Origin: Macrostomum lignano
Lineage: Eukaryota
Length of the DNA: 64,000 nucleotides
Direction: 5' to 3'
NCBI GenBank assembly: GCA_002269645.1
Contig: NIVC01002501.1
Location: forward strand, 62,001-126,000
The notes under the pieces are model-generated. The model searched no databases. It saw nothing but the letters and a program-made list of their open reading frames with translations, and was not told the origin of the DNA. Shown here one piece after another: positions 51,434 through 64,000 of the stretch; position 1 is the stretch's first letter, and each line of letters starts with the position of its first letter. Both the position numbers and the translations under genes were made by a program.

Positions 51434-54104
51434 TCACAGCTCAAAATTGCGGGTATAGTCGTACTCAATAGTGGGAATCACGGCCTGCATGAACTTGAGG
51501 AAGATCAGCAGGTACTGGTGCACGCCCAGCTCCCGCCCGCCCTCCGACACCGTCACCATCAGCCGCTTCATCACCTCGGCGTGACGGCACGGGTGCACGC
51601 TGGCCATGGGGGCCCGGTCAGGTGCGGTTGCGTCTCCATGGTGACGGTCTTCTTGGCGTGGTCCTGGCTGAAGTCTGCGTACATCTGGTCCACGCTCAGC
51701 GGCGCTCCCTGCTCGCTGTAGCCAACCAGCCACATGCGCGGCGTCTGGTAGTACTTGTCGTACGTGATGTGCAGGTCGTAGGTTCGAGTCTGCACGATGC
51801 TTTGATCTCCGCAGGCGCCGCTGTCGCTACCGGCGCCAGCTGCCCCGCTGCCGGCCTCGGCGCCGCCGGCTGTCATGACAACCGCGTCGTCCTCCAGCAT
51901 GCCGGAGTTGGCGAAGGCCTCCATGTCCACCGCCTCCTCGTTGTCGTCATCGTCATCGTCGCCGCCTGCGTCTTCCGCTCGGCCGGCAGCACCAGCGGGC
52001 GCCGCCGCCGCCGCCGCCTCGTCCATCGACATGTCCTGCACCCGGTCGGCCAGGCCACCAACGCCCGAGGCGCCACCGCCGCTGCTACCGCCAGCGGCGC
52101 CGCCCTCCTGGGCGAAATGATGCGTGTCCACCCAGCCTCCGTCCGGGTCCGCCTCATCAACCACCTGTAAGCGAGCGGGTGAGCTCTGCTCAGTATTTCA
52201 CATTTATATCTATCTATCCATCTATCTATATCTATCTATCTATCTATCGATCTATCTATGTCTATCTATTTATCTATCCATATAACTAGCTACCTGAACC
52301 TAGCAATAAGCTACCTGAACCTACCATTAAGCTACCTGAACCTAGCATATCTATATGTCTACGAGGGCTGAGCAATAAGTTTCCGGATGTGCATAGTTGA
52401 GAGGCGGCTGACAAAATCTGACACCATAGGTGTCAAGTACATTATATAAGTACAATGCTTGTAAAGTTTCAGACACACTGGTCATATATAGCCAGTGCAG
52501 CACCCAAACCAAGCTAGCATACCCACCCTATCTATCAAATTCACAATGGAGCTCAATAGGAGTCATTTTAGAGCAATGATCTATTACGATTTTAAAAGTG
52601 GTTTGCGGCAGCAAGAAAGTCTTGAGCGATTGCGAGGAGCTTTTGGGGATGAAGAACCTTCTGGATCCACCGTTTTTGACTGGTTTGCCGAATTTCGACG
52701 CGGCAGGCAGAGTCTGGATGATGAGGAGCGCAGCGGCCGGTCTGTCTCCGCAACGACCGAGGATAATGCTGCTGCTGTCCGGGCCATGGTTGAGGATGAT
52801 GCCCGAGTGACTGTGGCCCAGATAGAGGCAGAGGTGGGCATCTCATCAGGATCCATCAGGACGATCCTGCATTCACAGCTCAACCTGAGCAAGATTTCTG
52901 CACGCTGGGTGCCTCATCAGCTGGCTCCGGAGCAGGAGGCTCGGGTGACCTGGTTCCGCACCATGCTCGACAGATTCAACGGAGGTAGCTCAAACTCGGT
53001 CTGGGATATTGTCAGTGGTGACGAGTCCTGGATCTATACGCTCGTAGTTTCAACCCGGAGACTAAGCAACAGTCGGCCAAGCGGACTCCAGTTGGCGGCA
53101 CCCCACCATCCAAGCTTCGGCGAGAGCGCAGCGTGGCGAAGCAGATGGTGGTTGTTTTTGTGGCGAAAACTGGTCATCTGGCCACTGTTCCACTCATGCA
53201 GCAGCGCACAGTCACCGGTAACTGGTACGCCAACGTTTGCCTGCCAGAAGTGCTGAGCGCTCTCTCCAGGCGTCGCCCAAGGACTCGAGCTCGGGGCATC
53301 CTTCTTCATCACAACAACGCCCCGGCCCACAAGGCTCGACAGGTGGCGGAGTTCCTGGCCGGAGAGCGCATTCAAGAGCTCGGTCATCCACCCTACAGCC
53401 CCGGCCTGGCCCCCTGCGACTTTTTTGTGCTTCCACAAATCAAGTGCAGGATGCGTGAAATCCGCTATGGATCACCAAAAGCTGCAGTGGAGGCCTTCAC
53501 ACGGCATGTGGAGGAGGTGCCTGCTTCAGATTGGTCAAGCTGCTTCAGCAAGTGATTTAAGCGCATGAAAATTTGTATCGAATCTGCTGAAGAGTACTTT
53601 GAAAAGATGTAACTGTTTTTTCTCTCTAACTATTTCTGTCTGGGCACATCCGGAAACTTATTGCTCAGCCCTCGTATCTACCTATCTACTTTCTATCTAA
53701 CTATCTAGCTACCTACCTACCCACCTACCTATCTACCTATCTAACTACCTATCTATCTACCTACCTAACCTATCTATCTGATCTGATAACCCAATTCGCC
53801 CACCAACGCCAACCTTCTCCAAGCTGCGGTCGTGGCAGTCCATCTGGGCCACCCGCCGGTAGCAGGGCACATTCCGGGTGATAAGGAACTGCTTGTCCGG
53901 CGGCAGGTGTGGCTTGGTGCGGGAGGCGTCCCCGGCCGACCACTGCCAGGTGGGACAGTGGTGCACCAGGAAGTCGCCGGCGGCAACGAACTCCTCGGGG
54001 GTGAGCACGCCAGTCTCTTTGAATTTGGACTCGCGCAGCACGGGAGTCATGTACTCGGCCACCTCCAAGCCTTTGCTCTTGACGGCATTGATTAGCGACT
54101 GCAT
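51434..54104 (-). CDS. ATG3: Autophagy E2-like conjugating enzyme ATG3; exons 53814-54104 and 51434-52164; 1-nt frameshift at ~51608-51612
   Basis: [100 protein letters not shown]. Phase-0 GT-AG intron. Confidence 0.95.
52362..53674 (+). mobile_element. mariner (Tc1/mariner) transposon, full length but defective, in the ATG3 intron
   Basis: 31-bp perfect TIR CGAGGGCTGAGCAATAAGTTTCCGGATGTGC with TA TSD inside a (TATC)n tract; 1313 bp. Confidence 0.95.
52546..53612 (+). pseudogene. Disrupted mariner transposase
   Basis: WVPHQL and VSGDESWIY are present. Frameshift at ~53045, HDNA changed to HNNA, YSPDLAP changed to YSPGLAP, premature TGA at 53553-53555, original end EYFEKM*. Confidence 0.9.
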
Positions 54105-55284
54105 ACTGGCATGAGATTGGATAGCAACGGGTGCTTCAGTTATTGAAAATCAACAACGGCCCTTTCAAGGGCGCACAAAATATTCTTTGTTGCTTGAGTC
54201 TTTAACCTAAAAGACTTGAAAGTTCCCCTTGCAATGAAAGTGAAATAAGTTTTTTTACTTTAACCTACACTATACAAACCATAATGTCAATGTGCATCTG
54301 GTGTCAAACATCATTGTATCATAAGTTACCAACCCCAAGGTAGTCTAAAAGCTTATCTCACAAAAATAAAATAGATTTAATGATATGTTAGAGAACTTAG
54401 AACTAGATAGGCCACCTATGAGAAATATATATTCCTATAGCTATATCCATATCCATATGTTCTATCTAAAATGTAGCGGAATAGGCGACGCTTGCCTCCC
54501 CGCTGCATCTTTGGACCGCCCTGCAGCTATCTAAAATGTCTAAATCTATAAATTACCTTAAGCATATCTATAGCTATAGTGGAATTCTAATTTAAATTAC
54601 TTTCTTTAATGGTTAAAGCCTATTGCCTAGTAATGTTTATGAGTACAACATATTTGGTGAGATTTTTTTCTAGATGACGCATAACTACAATGTCTGAGTA
54701 GTCCAAATTAGTTTAATAAACTCTGTCTAACAAACTGTTCATTTATTAAAATTTGTTAAAATTAAAAAAAAATAAAATATACAAAATGAATAAAGGATTG
54801 CATAGCATTGCTATTAGATAGATATGCCAAATAGGAAGTCTATTTAATTTATTCACTAACTTCTTTAGTCACATGATAAAGTACAGGTGGATTATATGGT
54901 ATCCAGTTGTCTAAGCTAACAATAACCCATATTGTGGAAGGTGTAGTATACACCAGAAAATTCTGGCATACAAATGCTTTGCCTGGTGTAAATCTAGTGT
55001 AAATGGAAGAAATACAATTACCATGCACAATCATTTGCTTACAATTCTTAGCTATACTTGTTCAAGCTTTTTGGCATAGCATACAAAAGCATTGAAGTAT
55101 ATAAAATCATTGCGTAAATTACACCAAACAATTCTTTAGTGCAAGAAAATTAATTTGCAAAATTATGACAATAAGTTGAATTTTCAAACAATATTCTAAA
55201 TTTTCTATAAGGAACTATGCCTTAATTAGTAATAGATGCAATTCTTTTGTTTTATTATAATATTAATTATAATTAATTCTTTCT

Positions 55285-55323
55285 ACCGACGCGTTTCGGA
55301 CCAACAATGGCCATCTTCAGGGT
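55285..55323 (-). ncRNA. Minimal hammerhead ribozyme in a solo Penelope terminus (~55270-55356)
   Basis: Reverse complement of the 893-931 motif with shared flanks. Confidence 0.8.
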
Positions 55324-55480
55324 CTGGTGTATTTTTAACTCACACAACAACTTTATAAGTGAACAAATGTTAATTGTACAATCCAAAAGGCATGTCATAG
55401 GCAGAATTTTCCAAAAATGTTAAGCATAGATTGCAAGTACATTGTTCAGACTTGTGCCTTTACTTAGAATACCTTGAGCA

Positions 55481-55737
55481 AATGGCAGCCAACCAAGGAA
55501 GTTGCAAAAATGCCCACCCGAAAAAACACCCAAGTAGTAGTATTAAGTAGCTGATAAAGCATTTTGGCTTAATAAGACAGTCATAGACATAGTTACTTCT
55601 GCCATTTACCCAATGTTGCGTTAATTTTGCTTTAGGTTTTTTTATTTGTAAGTTGCATTTTTGGCCAAAAACTATGTCACATTTTTGTTAAAACTAAGTC
55701 GCACTGCCAACCAAATTTTGGAGGTTGCGCATGTATG
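55481..55737. mobile_element. Partial, diverged copy of the CATACATG MITE
   Basis: Colinear with ~17905-18162; one TIR retained at 55724-55737. Confidence 0.8.
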
Positions 55738-56159
55738 TATAACACAATCTGCAATTTGGACAATAACAAACCAACCAAACTGATTAACATTGCAATGTAA
55801 ATAATATAAAATAATTGCAGTATTTGCAATTAGGCTTATTAAAATTAAGTTTCCTAGATTGGGTAGAATGAATGAAAGTTTCTTAGAACATTTCAAATGT
55901 TACAAAGGTCACTAAATTTTATTATGCATTTAGGCCTAGATCTAGCCAGTATATTTTTTATTATAGGCCTAATTTTTATCATACTTATCATACATATATC
56001 TATGTCTTCCAAATGCCCCAAGTGTAACAAGATAGTTGGCAGAAGGTAGGCAGCAAGGTAGCATATTATCTTTTGTGACTATTGCAAATAATGTAATGGT
56101 ACTATTGGGGCTATGATACAGCATACAGCCCAGGTAATGTTGGAAGTTGGCACAATGGA

Positions 56160-57274
56160 CATACATGCGCGACCTCCAAAATTTGGTCGGCCGTGCGACT
56201 TAGTTTTAACAAAAATGCGACCTAGTTGTTGGCCAAAAATGCGACTTACATGTAAAAATGCAATTCACGCAACTTTGGGTAAAGAGCAGGAGTAACTATT
56301 ACTGTCTTATAAAGCCAAAATGCCTCGTCAGCTACTTAGTACTACTACTTGGTGTTTTTCGGGTGGGCATTTTTTGCGACTTCCTTGGTTGGCCGCCAAA
56401 TCGGTCGGCCGGATCGGCCGACTGGTTCCTGGACACTTCGTCATCCACTCATATTTCTAGACACTTCGTCATCTTACCACTTCGTCATCTACGATACTAT
56501 TGTGGACACATCGTCATCTACTCCCTGGACACTTCGTCATCCACTTTGTCTAAAAAACTTATTGAATAGGAATAGCTATATGTAACTTCGTCAGCTAAGT
56601 TGTATCGAGTAGTCATAAATATAGGTGGCTACACTGAGGATTAACTAACTGATTAACTAACTGATAATTAATGGGGATTAACTACGACGGGGGAAGAGCT
56701 GGAGAAGAAGAGAAGAGATTGCGATCGCGATCAGTACAAAATTGAATTCTACTCGCGGTTTAAATCATACAATATCTTGGAATCATACAGTAAAACAAAA
56801 ATAACAATAAATTAGAAATAAGAATACCTGAATAGCAAAATTAAATGCAACTTAAAAAACATAATAATAAATACACAAAAACACACTATTCATAAACATA
56901 TTTAAATCTACATCGTTACAACTCCACACATGTTTGTGGAAGCGAAGCTATAATAAAATTACAATGAACACTTGTGCACATACAGCGTGCATTTAGATGC
57001 CAATTATAGCAAGAAGTTGAATCCCTAAACGTGTATTTAATCCTATATTTTACAGACTATTGATCGAATCGAATAACAATTTTACAGCTTTGCAAAATCT
57101 TGGGATGACGAAGTGTCCTCAAAATTTGGTCACTTCGTCATCTAGATTTCTAACAATTTCTTTGTATGACGAAGCGTCCAAAAACCATAGTCACTTCGTC
57201 ATCTGGATGACGAACTGGTAAGATGACGAAGTGTCCAGGAACCGGCCGACTCGGCCGACTGTTGCGCATGTATG
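56160..57274. mobile_element. CATACATG MITE (8-bp TSD ACAATGGA) carrying a nested element
   Basis: TSD at 56152-56159 and 57275-57282; TIRs CATACATGCGC/GCGCATGTATG. Confidence 0.9.
56424..57243. mobile_element. 820-bp nested non-autonomous transposon, TIR GGTTCCTGGACACTTCGTCATC, 8-bp TSD
   Basis: GGCCGACT is duplicated at 56416-56423 and 57244-57251. Multiple subterminal CACTTCGTCATC/GATGACGAAG repeats. Confidence 0.88.
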
Positions 57275-58659
57275 ACAATGGACCACACCATAAATAAATG
57301 AATAAATGCAGCTTTCAAGTTATGGCATATATACCACATCTCACTGATGAATAGCCTATAAAATTACTTCTCTATCACATATTAATCATTATCTTGCTTT
57401 CCAGTTGCTTCACATCTCTGTTAGTTAGATGAAATGGCATTAGACAAAAAGTCATTAGCCTAGACGAAACTATCTGGAATCGATTATAACCCACTCTATA
57501 CTGTAGCTAATAACAATTTACCTCTTATCAACTTACTGTATTTTTAATTAGGAATTGTAACCATGGCCTATATGATAAAATTAGGCCTATAGTATTATCC
57601 TCAAGACTTAGATAAGTTTTCAATAGCTGTGAAAAGGCCTAGATAGATGGTTGTGAGAACAATAGGGCCTACTGCTGTTAAAGTTTAAAGAATGAAGATT
57701 TTTGTTGAAAGACAATAACTCTAGTAAGAATTTCACAAGAATGTTCCATGATCATGATAAATAAATGATAGATCATGATAGACTAGTCCTGTATATTAAG
57801 CCAAGCGCGAACGATATGTTTTTGTTTTTCCTCGAAAATCCATCTTAAACTATTTTTACAAAAAAGAAACAAAAATAAATCTTTTGACGACGATTTTGAC
57901 GACTAGAATAATTTTTATTTTAGAATCACAATCGTTATATAAATAAATAAATAAATCTATGAATACTTTAGGCGCTCAGCCAGGATTGCAGGTCGGGGCT
58001 GGTGCCGTCTTGGCAGTGCCACCCGGGCCGGGACAATTTGGACTCAGTCTGACTAGGAACACTTTGACTGCCGAAAAATTTGGCTTTTAGCAAAATAACC
58101 ATGAACGAAATGAAATGACTGTGAACAAAATGACTGTGGACAAAATCAAACTGGTAACTGGATGCCATTGTGGTCAGTATGATAGTCATCATCGTCAAGT
58201 AGAAGTAGAACGAAGACTTGCAACATTTCATGTATGAATACAAAGCGAGATTGAGAGAGCTTAAATCATCTAACAAATTCCACCGATATTTCCTAAGTTT
58301 TTCTTATATTGAGGATCTTTCTTTCTCCCCTATATGATCAACATCTGCTGAATTCTATGCATTCATTGAACACAGCTACAATGGTTACACGTAAAAATTA
58401 TCCATTTCAACATTCATCATATAGCAGATGCACGTTACATGCATTTCTTGTGTAAACTGAAGAGCGTTGTTATGATCTTTATGATGAATACGAGCGCATG
58501 CAGAGTATGAGTCCCTTTCTGACGCAGTCAATTTTTGGCATGCAGTCATTTTGTCCACAGTCAAATTGTGGCATGGCAATCAAATTGCCACTATTGTCAA
58601 TTGTCGTGGCACTATGGTAGCAGAGTAGCCACCTCGGGAGTGCCACCGTAAGGCGCCAG

Positions 58660-59138
58660 AGGCGCCAGCACCAGAGGCGCCAGCACCAGAGGCGCCAGCA
58701 CCAGAGGCGCCAGCACCAGAGGCGCCAGCACCAGAGGCGCCAGCACCAGAGGCGCCAGCACCAGAGGCGCCAGCACCAGAGGCGCCAGCACCAGAGGCGC
58801 CAGCACCAGAGGCGCCAGCACCAGAGGCGCCAGCACCAGAGGCGCCAGCACCAGAGGCGCCAGCACCAGAGGCGCCAGCACCAGAGGCGCCAGCACCAGA
58901 GGCGCCAGCACCAGAGGCGCCAGCACCAGAGGCGCCAGCACCAGAGGCGCCAGCACCAGAGGCGCCAGCACCAGAGGCGCCAGCACCAGAGGCGCCAGCA
59001 CCAGAGGCGCCAGCACCAGAGGCGCCAGCACCAGAGGCGCCAGCACCAGAGGCGCCAGCACCAGAGGCGCCAGCACCAGAGGCGCCAGCACCAGAGGCGC
59101 CAGCACCAGAGGCGCCAGCACCAGAGGCGCCAGCACCA
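58660..59138. repeat. Perfect 15-bp minisatellite (GGCGCCAGCACCAGA)n, ~32 copies
   Basis: Direct inspection. Confidence 0.97.
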
Positions 59139-60087
59139 GGCGAGAAAAACTGCCGTGAAGTGGCGTTTGAGTCAGCTGGCAAGGGAAATTGCCCCTGACT
59201 AACATCCTAAAATTTTCTTTAAAATATCTTCTGCCATATCCCTATTTAAAAATATAGTGGAAAGATTTGCTCAAAGAGTATAATAAAAAATGTTAAACAT
59301 AATTTTGTTGCAGCTTGCACCAGGAAACAGTTCTGTAATCACAATTCTAAAAGTGGAACAGCCAACCGAAAATTCTTCCGAACCGATTCTATTTCTAGAA
59401 CCGGAAATATAGGAAGAGCTATACAACAATGGTCTTATTAAAACAAAATTCTGATCTTTTTGTATTTCCGAACGGGATTTGAGCTACAATTCCAATATAC
59501 GAGCGTAAAGTAGTCAAAATGTTTGTCGAAAAATGAAACGTTCCAATGAATCTGCAGCTTACATGCAGAAAGAAACGAAGTTCTCCCGTCCTTCAACTTC
59601 AGGTCGTTCTTATGTGCATTTGCGCTTCCATTCTCCGGCCATGTTGACCAAGTTGGCTTCTATCAATCAAGTCTGAGATAACGAGATGTAGCTAATTAGC
59701 AAACAGCAAGTGAACAGAGAATGGCTCATGCCCTCCGCAGCAACCACTGGTGAGAGCACAATCAGCAGATTTGGAGCTGCCGTTCAACTTCAAGGACTTC
59801 ACTCGAAACAAAAGCGGCCCACTAGCAGATGTCTCTTTTCCGAACTTCCCAAAATCCTTTCGACTCAAAGCAGAAATCCACGGCATTCATTCTTCTATAG
59901 CAAATGTCTGCAATCCCAAGCCCTATGTAAATTACCAAACCTGGGGAGGTAAGTATCGGTTGCCATGGTACCGGGAGATTTTGAACAAATAAATCATGGC
60001 AAAAAAGGGAACGGAGCAGTTCTGCCCGCTTCTAAAATTTTTCCTCGCCTCGAGACTTGATTTCACTCCTTGCTACAGTGTACCTGC

Positions 60088-61180
60088 ATGGAAACCTGCA
60101 TCAGTGAGTTAACATTGATTTTTAAAATCGTTTCTTGGTGCAAAAAGAAAAACGCAAGTCCTACATGCTATCATTTTTTCAGGCCATCTGCTGGTTGCGC
60201 TGCTTTGGTCCGCCCGGCTGACCGACTGCGAGAGTTTGTCAAGTGACTGGATGAGGTTGGGACTGCCGCAGTGCCTGCCCGAGGCCCAGGCCGTGAGGGT
60301 GGCCGAAACTCCATCCGGCATCTCCGACTGCGTCCTGCTCGCCATGGCTACAAAGGACTCGAGCGGCCAGCTGGTGGCCCAGTTCGACTCGGACACTCGC
60401 CAGTGCTCGCTCTTCCAATACACCGCAGTGTGCCACCTCATCGATGGACTCGCTGCTGCAGAGAGCTCGCAGTCCCGCCGCTGTGCCGCATTCGCCAATG
60501 ACAGAGCCGCCAAGTTCCTCACCTTGAGCAGAAACCTGGGCGCCAAGCTGAAAGCCGTCTGGGTGATGAGCGACGATGCGGACGCCAGCAGGAGCAACTT
60601 GGTGTGCGGCCAGACGCAGCAGTGGATGTCGGAGAATGTGGAGTGGAGCAGCGAGGGAGCCAAGCTCGACGGAGTGTCGTCCAAGATGTGGCTGGAGAAC
60701 GTGGAGCTCGCGAACCTGCAGCAGGGACTCACGTGGCTGCTCAGGCTCAAGCGGGATGCCAAGATCGCTCCGCTGTTGCAGACTTACAACTGCGACTCCA
60801 AGTCTCTGGGAGCCGCTCTCTGGGACGGCTCACCGACAGCTTGGGGCTTGTACTTTTTCAGGGTGGCTCCATCGTATTCAGTGTTCAAAACAACTCTGGA
60901 AACAAACTTTTTTGAACGGAACAAATTCGCCGAAGTTGCCGTAACTTCGGCATCTCCCTTTGACGTCGAATTCTTTTCCAAGGTTGGGCGTGTGTCAAAA
61001 CCGAATGTAGTGCAGATGGAATACTATACTTTTGCTGCGGTCCCAAAAATCAACTGCATTGGTTTGGGGTTTCGACCTGGAAGGTCTCAAATGTTGAAGG
61101 GCACGGTGCAGGCGGTGGCCATCATGAACGACACGATGACGGAGGCTGAGATCAGCAGCTTCTTCGAATTGGTGCGCTGA
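60088..61180 (+). CDS. Secreted PAN-like + LamG/ConA-like protein, paralog 1 (337 aa); exons 60088-60103 and 60183-61180
   Basis: METCI|SHLLVALLWSARLTDCES signal peptide across a phase-1 GT-AG intron; Cys-containing N-terminal domain; LamG-like end LKGTVQAVAIMNDTMTEAEI. Confidence 0.75.
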
Positions 61181-61472
61181 CGCCCCGGCGGTCCAGAAAA
61201 TGATTTTTCTGACAAGTAACAAAAAGTTCTCTGCTTTTTTGTGATGGCCGGTTTTTATTTTCTGAAAAATATAATTAAAGCAATCAAACATGCATTTAAG
61301 CGTCTTCAATCATTTTTCTTTTTATTTCGACGTAGTGCTGAGAGACTGAAAAGTTGGATCTGCAGCGTCTAAAAGTTTGTCACTCTTACTGCTAAATGGA
61401 TGATAAGCAAGTTCTAACAAACGGAAACTTCACATCGTAAAGGACACAAATAAAAACAGTCAATCAAGCGAC

Positions 61473-61832
61473 GGAGGCAAGGGGTGTGTGCACCCTGGCA
61501 CACTTTAAGTGACATTGTCACACAACCCGTGAGAGGCATTGTTGCCCATTCCGCTGACTCCCCTGAGCAGGCAACACAAGCGCGCGGATACGTACACAGG
61601 CATACGCAAAGGCACACACAGGATTGTACAGCAGCCCTAACTTTATCTACAGTTAGGCATGTACAATATACACTTCACTGTTCCTTGAAGTTGGCCCTCA
61701 AATGCGTTAATTGCAAGTGCAGATCCAAGCCTAGATTCCAATTTAGCTCCAAAATTAATGTGACTGCAGTTGGAATCGAGCATGGGCCGCTGGCACATCA
61801 GAGCGCCGCGGTAATCCACTGGGCTGCGGCCC
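61473..61832 (-). mobile_element. Diverged copy of tRNA-SINE family A
   Basis: Colinear with 27927-28281 and 43374-43744. Confidence 0.8.
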
Positions 61833-62391
61833 TCAATAACATCAGCCAATACAAAAATAAAAGTATTCTTAAGCGCTACAGTGCATGCATTTCACAGAGT
61901 CACCTGCAAGGGACTGGGTGTAGCAATAAAATTCGGACCAGCTAGAGCCGCAACAGCGTACGAGAAAAGCAAATTATTTTTATCACAGATCAGCTCCCTA
62001 ACTTTCCCTAGCTACGTTCCCCGTATTGCCGCACGTGCCTTGACTACCTGAGACTCCTCTTTAAATCCACACTGATGATGAGTTGACATCTCGATCGAGC
62101 ACTACAAAGCCTAACCCGCGAACATCACAGTTCCATGTTTCAAAAACTAGAAGCAGTTGCAGCCTGTGTCACTTTTTCTGTCTTTTGGTGGCTTCTGTAC
62201 CTCCGGTAGGCCACCCAGTGTCCGAATTTAACTGGCTTCCTAAATCGCCTGCCAATCAGAAGTCAGCGTCTCACAGGAAAATTCCGCTATCAGATGCCGT
62301 GTAACTGAGGAATCGAGAGGACTTATAACGGCAAAGAGAAGCGCGAAAATTTTCGTTCAAACTACAGAATATTTCTGCATTCCAAGACATC

Positions 62392-63512
62392 ATGGCACTT
62401 TTTCTGACCTGTGCGCCAGCTTATGTGGGTGAGTTTCCGTGGGTTTTCTCGAATTCCGAACTGCAAACTCAATCGCTCCGGACATTCTTTTTAAATATCT
62501 ACCAGGTCACCTTCTGGTTGCGCTGCTTTGGTCCGCCCAGCTGACCGACTGCGAGAGTTTGTCAAGTGACTGGATCAGGCTTGGACTGCCGCAGTGCCTG
62601 CCCGACGCTCAGGCGGTAATAGTGGCCAAAACTCCATCCGGCATTGGCTGCATCATGATCGCTATGGCTACAAAGGACTCGAGCGGCCTGCAGGTGGCCC
62701 AGTTCGACTCGGACACTCGCCAGTGCTCGCTCTTCCAATACACCGCAGTGTGCCACCTCATCGATGGACTCGCTGCTGCAGAGAGCTCGAAGTCCCGCCG
62801 CTGTGCCGCATTCGCCAACGACAGAGCCGCCAAGTTCCTCACCTTGAGCAGGAAGCTCATGCTGGGTGTGGGCTCGAAGCTGAGGGCCGCCTGGGTGATG
62901 AGCGACGATGTGGACGCCAGCAGGAGCAACTTGGTGTGCGGCCAGACGGAGCAGTGGATGTCGGAGAATGTGGAGTGGAGCAGCGAGGGAGCCAAGCTCG
63001 ACGGAGTGTCGTCCAAGATGTGGCTGGAGAACGTGGAGTTCGCGAGCGTGCAGCAGGGACTCACGTGGCTGGTCAGGCTCAAGCGGACTGTCCGAGTGGA
63101 GGCAACGCTGCTCGAATCCTACAACTGCGACTTCATGGCTCTTTGTGCGGGTTTTTGGGACGGCTGGACTGGCAGATGGGGCCTGTACTTCTTCAGGGTG
63201 GCTTTATCTTACTTTGAGTACTTCACACCTTCTGCAACGAACTCGTTTGACCCGAATGAATTCGTTGAGGTCGGCGTTACTTCGGCGTCTCCGACAAGCC
63301 GCGACTTCTTCTCCAACTCCGGGTTCGTGCCGCGGTCTGCTGTCAACACTGGTTCTCAGCGTAACTCTGCCGTGTCGACATGCCGCTGCATCCGCTTGGG
63401 ATTTCGACCTGGCGACCTGCGAATGCTGAAGGGCACGGTGCAGGTGGTGGCCATCATGAACGACACGATGACGGAGGCTGAGATCAACAGCTTCTTTTTT
63501 CTGGTGCGCTGA
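62392..63512 (+). CDS. Secreted PAN-like + LamG/ConA-like protein, paralog 2 (347 aa); exons 62392-62428 and 62506-63512
   Basis: MALFLTCAPAYV|GHLLVALLWSAQ across a phase-1 intron; tandem duplicate of 60088-61180. Confidence 0.75.
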
Positions 63513-64000
63513 CCAGTCGACTGATAAATACATTTACAGTAGCTTAAAACGTTTGAGTGATTGCGGAACAAAACATTTTGCTGGGTTTTCACTGATAACG
63601 AGAGGTTTTTGTTCCCGAGATTGTCTGAAATATCGCAGTAAAGTTTGATGCTGTTTTATGAAATAAAACGAATTAGAATAAGAACAATAGTCAAAGCAGG
63701 TATTTAATATTTCACTGCAATATTATACGTTTTTTATCAATGCCATGCTTGAGTTTGGAATGTTGAAACATTTGAAACACACTGAAACAAGAGAACTGCC
63801 ACCAGAGAAAGTCGAAAGTAAGCTGTCTCAAACTCTAAAAGCAAAACCATATCACATCTACCAGAGACGGTGTTTAAAACGCGCTTGTCAATTATTTCAA
63901 TAACTGTCCAGTAACGCAGACATTGCTTGCTTTATATGCCTATTGGACGACCAAAAGGCAGTGTCACGTGCACGGCATTGTAGACACCACACTTGGATTG

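Noticed and set aside
53580-53612. Fifth hammerhead (CTGAAGA…GAAA)
   Set aside because: No proper stem II or helix III; it is the mariner transposase C-terminal coding sequence.
60109-63217. Antisense and alternate-frame ORFs over the paralog pair, and over the LGR, ATG3 and HMG exons
   Set aside because: Shadow ORFs from GC3-rich coding sequence; no motifs or splice support.

Overview
Eukaryotic (invertebrate animal) genomic DNA. GC-rich exons are separated by introns and intergenic spacers packed with minisatellites and transposons. This style fits a flatworm such as Macrostomum, but the species cannot be confirmed from the sequence. Host genes reconstructed by hand from splice sites and reading phase: (1) a Notch-ligand-like C2/MNNL+EGF gene; (2) three secreted PAN/Apple-like + LamG/ConA-like genes, one spliced at 5.8-11 kb and a tandem pair at 60-63.5 kb; (3) an HMG20-like HMG-box gene; (4) a 7-exon, ~2,130-aa GRL101-type LGR (CUB, C-type lectin, LDLa, LRR, 7TM); (5) a 4-exon secreted protein with three HGVLMHGD repeats; (6) ATG3; (7) two uncharacterised genes. 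Mobile DNA: an apparently intact piggyBac, a decayed mariner in the ATG3 intron, Penelope-like retroelement fragments with four minimal hammerhead ribozymes, two tRNA-SINE families, several MITE families with verified target-site duplications (some nested), and an RTE fragment. Most unusual features: a chain of GTAG...CTAC elements joined at TTAA-type cores of a palindromic CAAGGACTAC-TTAA-GTAGTCCTTG site (possibly recombinase-type), a minisatellite whose unit is a complete 3' splice site of the LGR gene, and the orphan His/Met-repeat secreted protein. No database searches were run; family names rest on recognised motifs.
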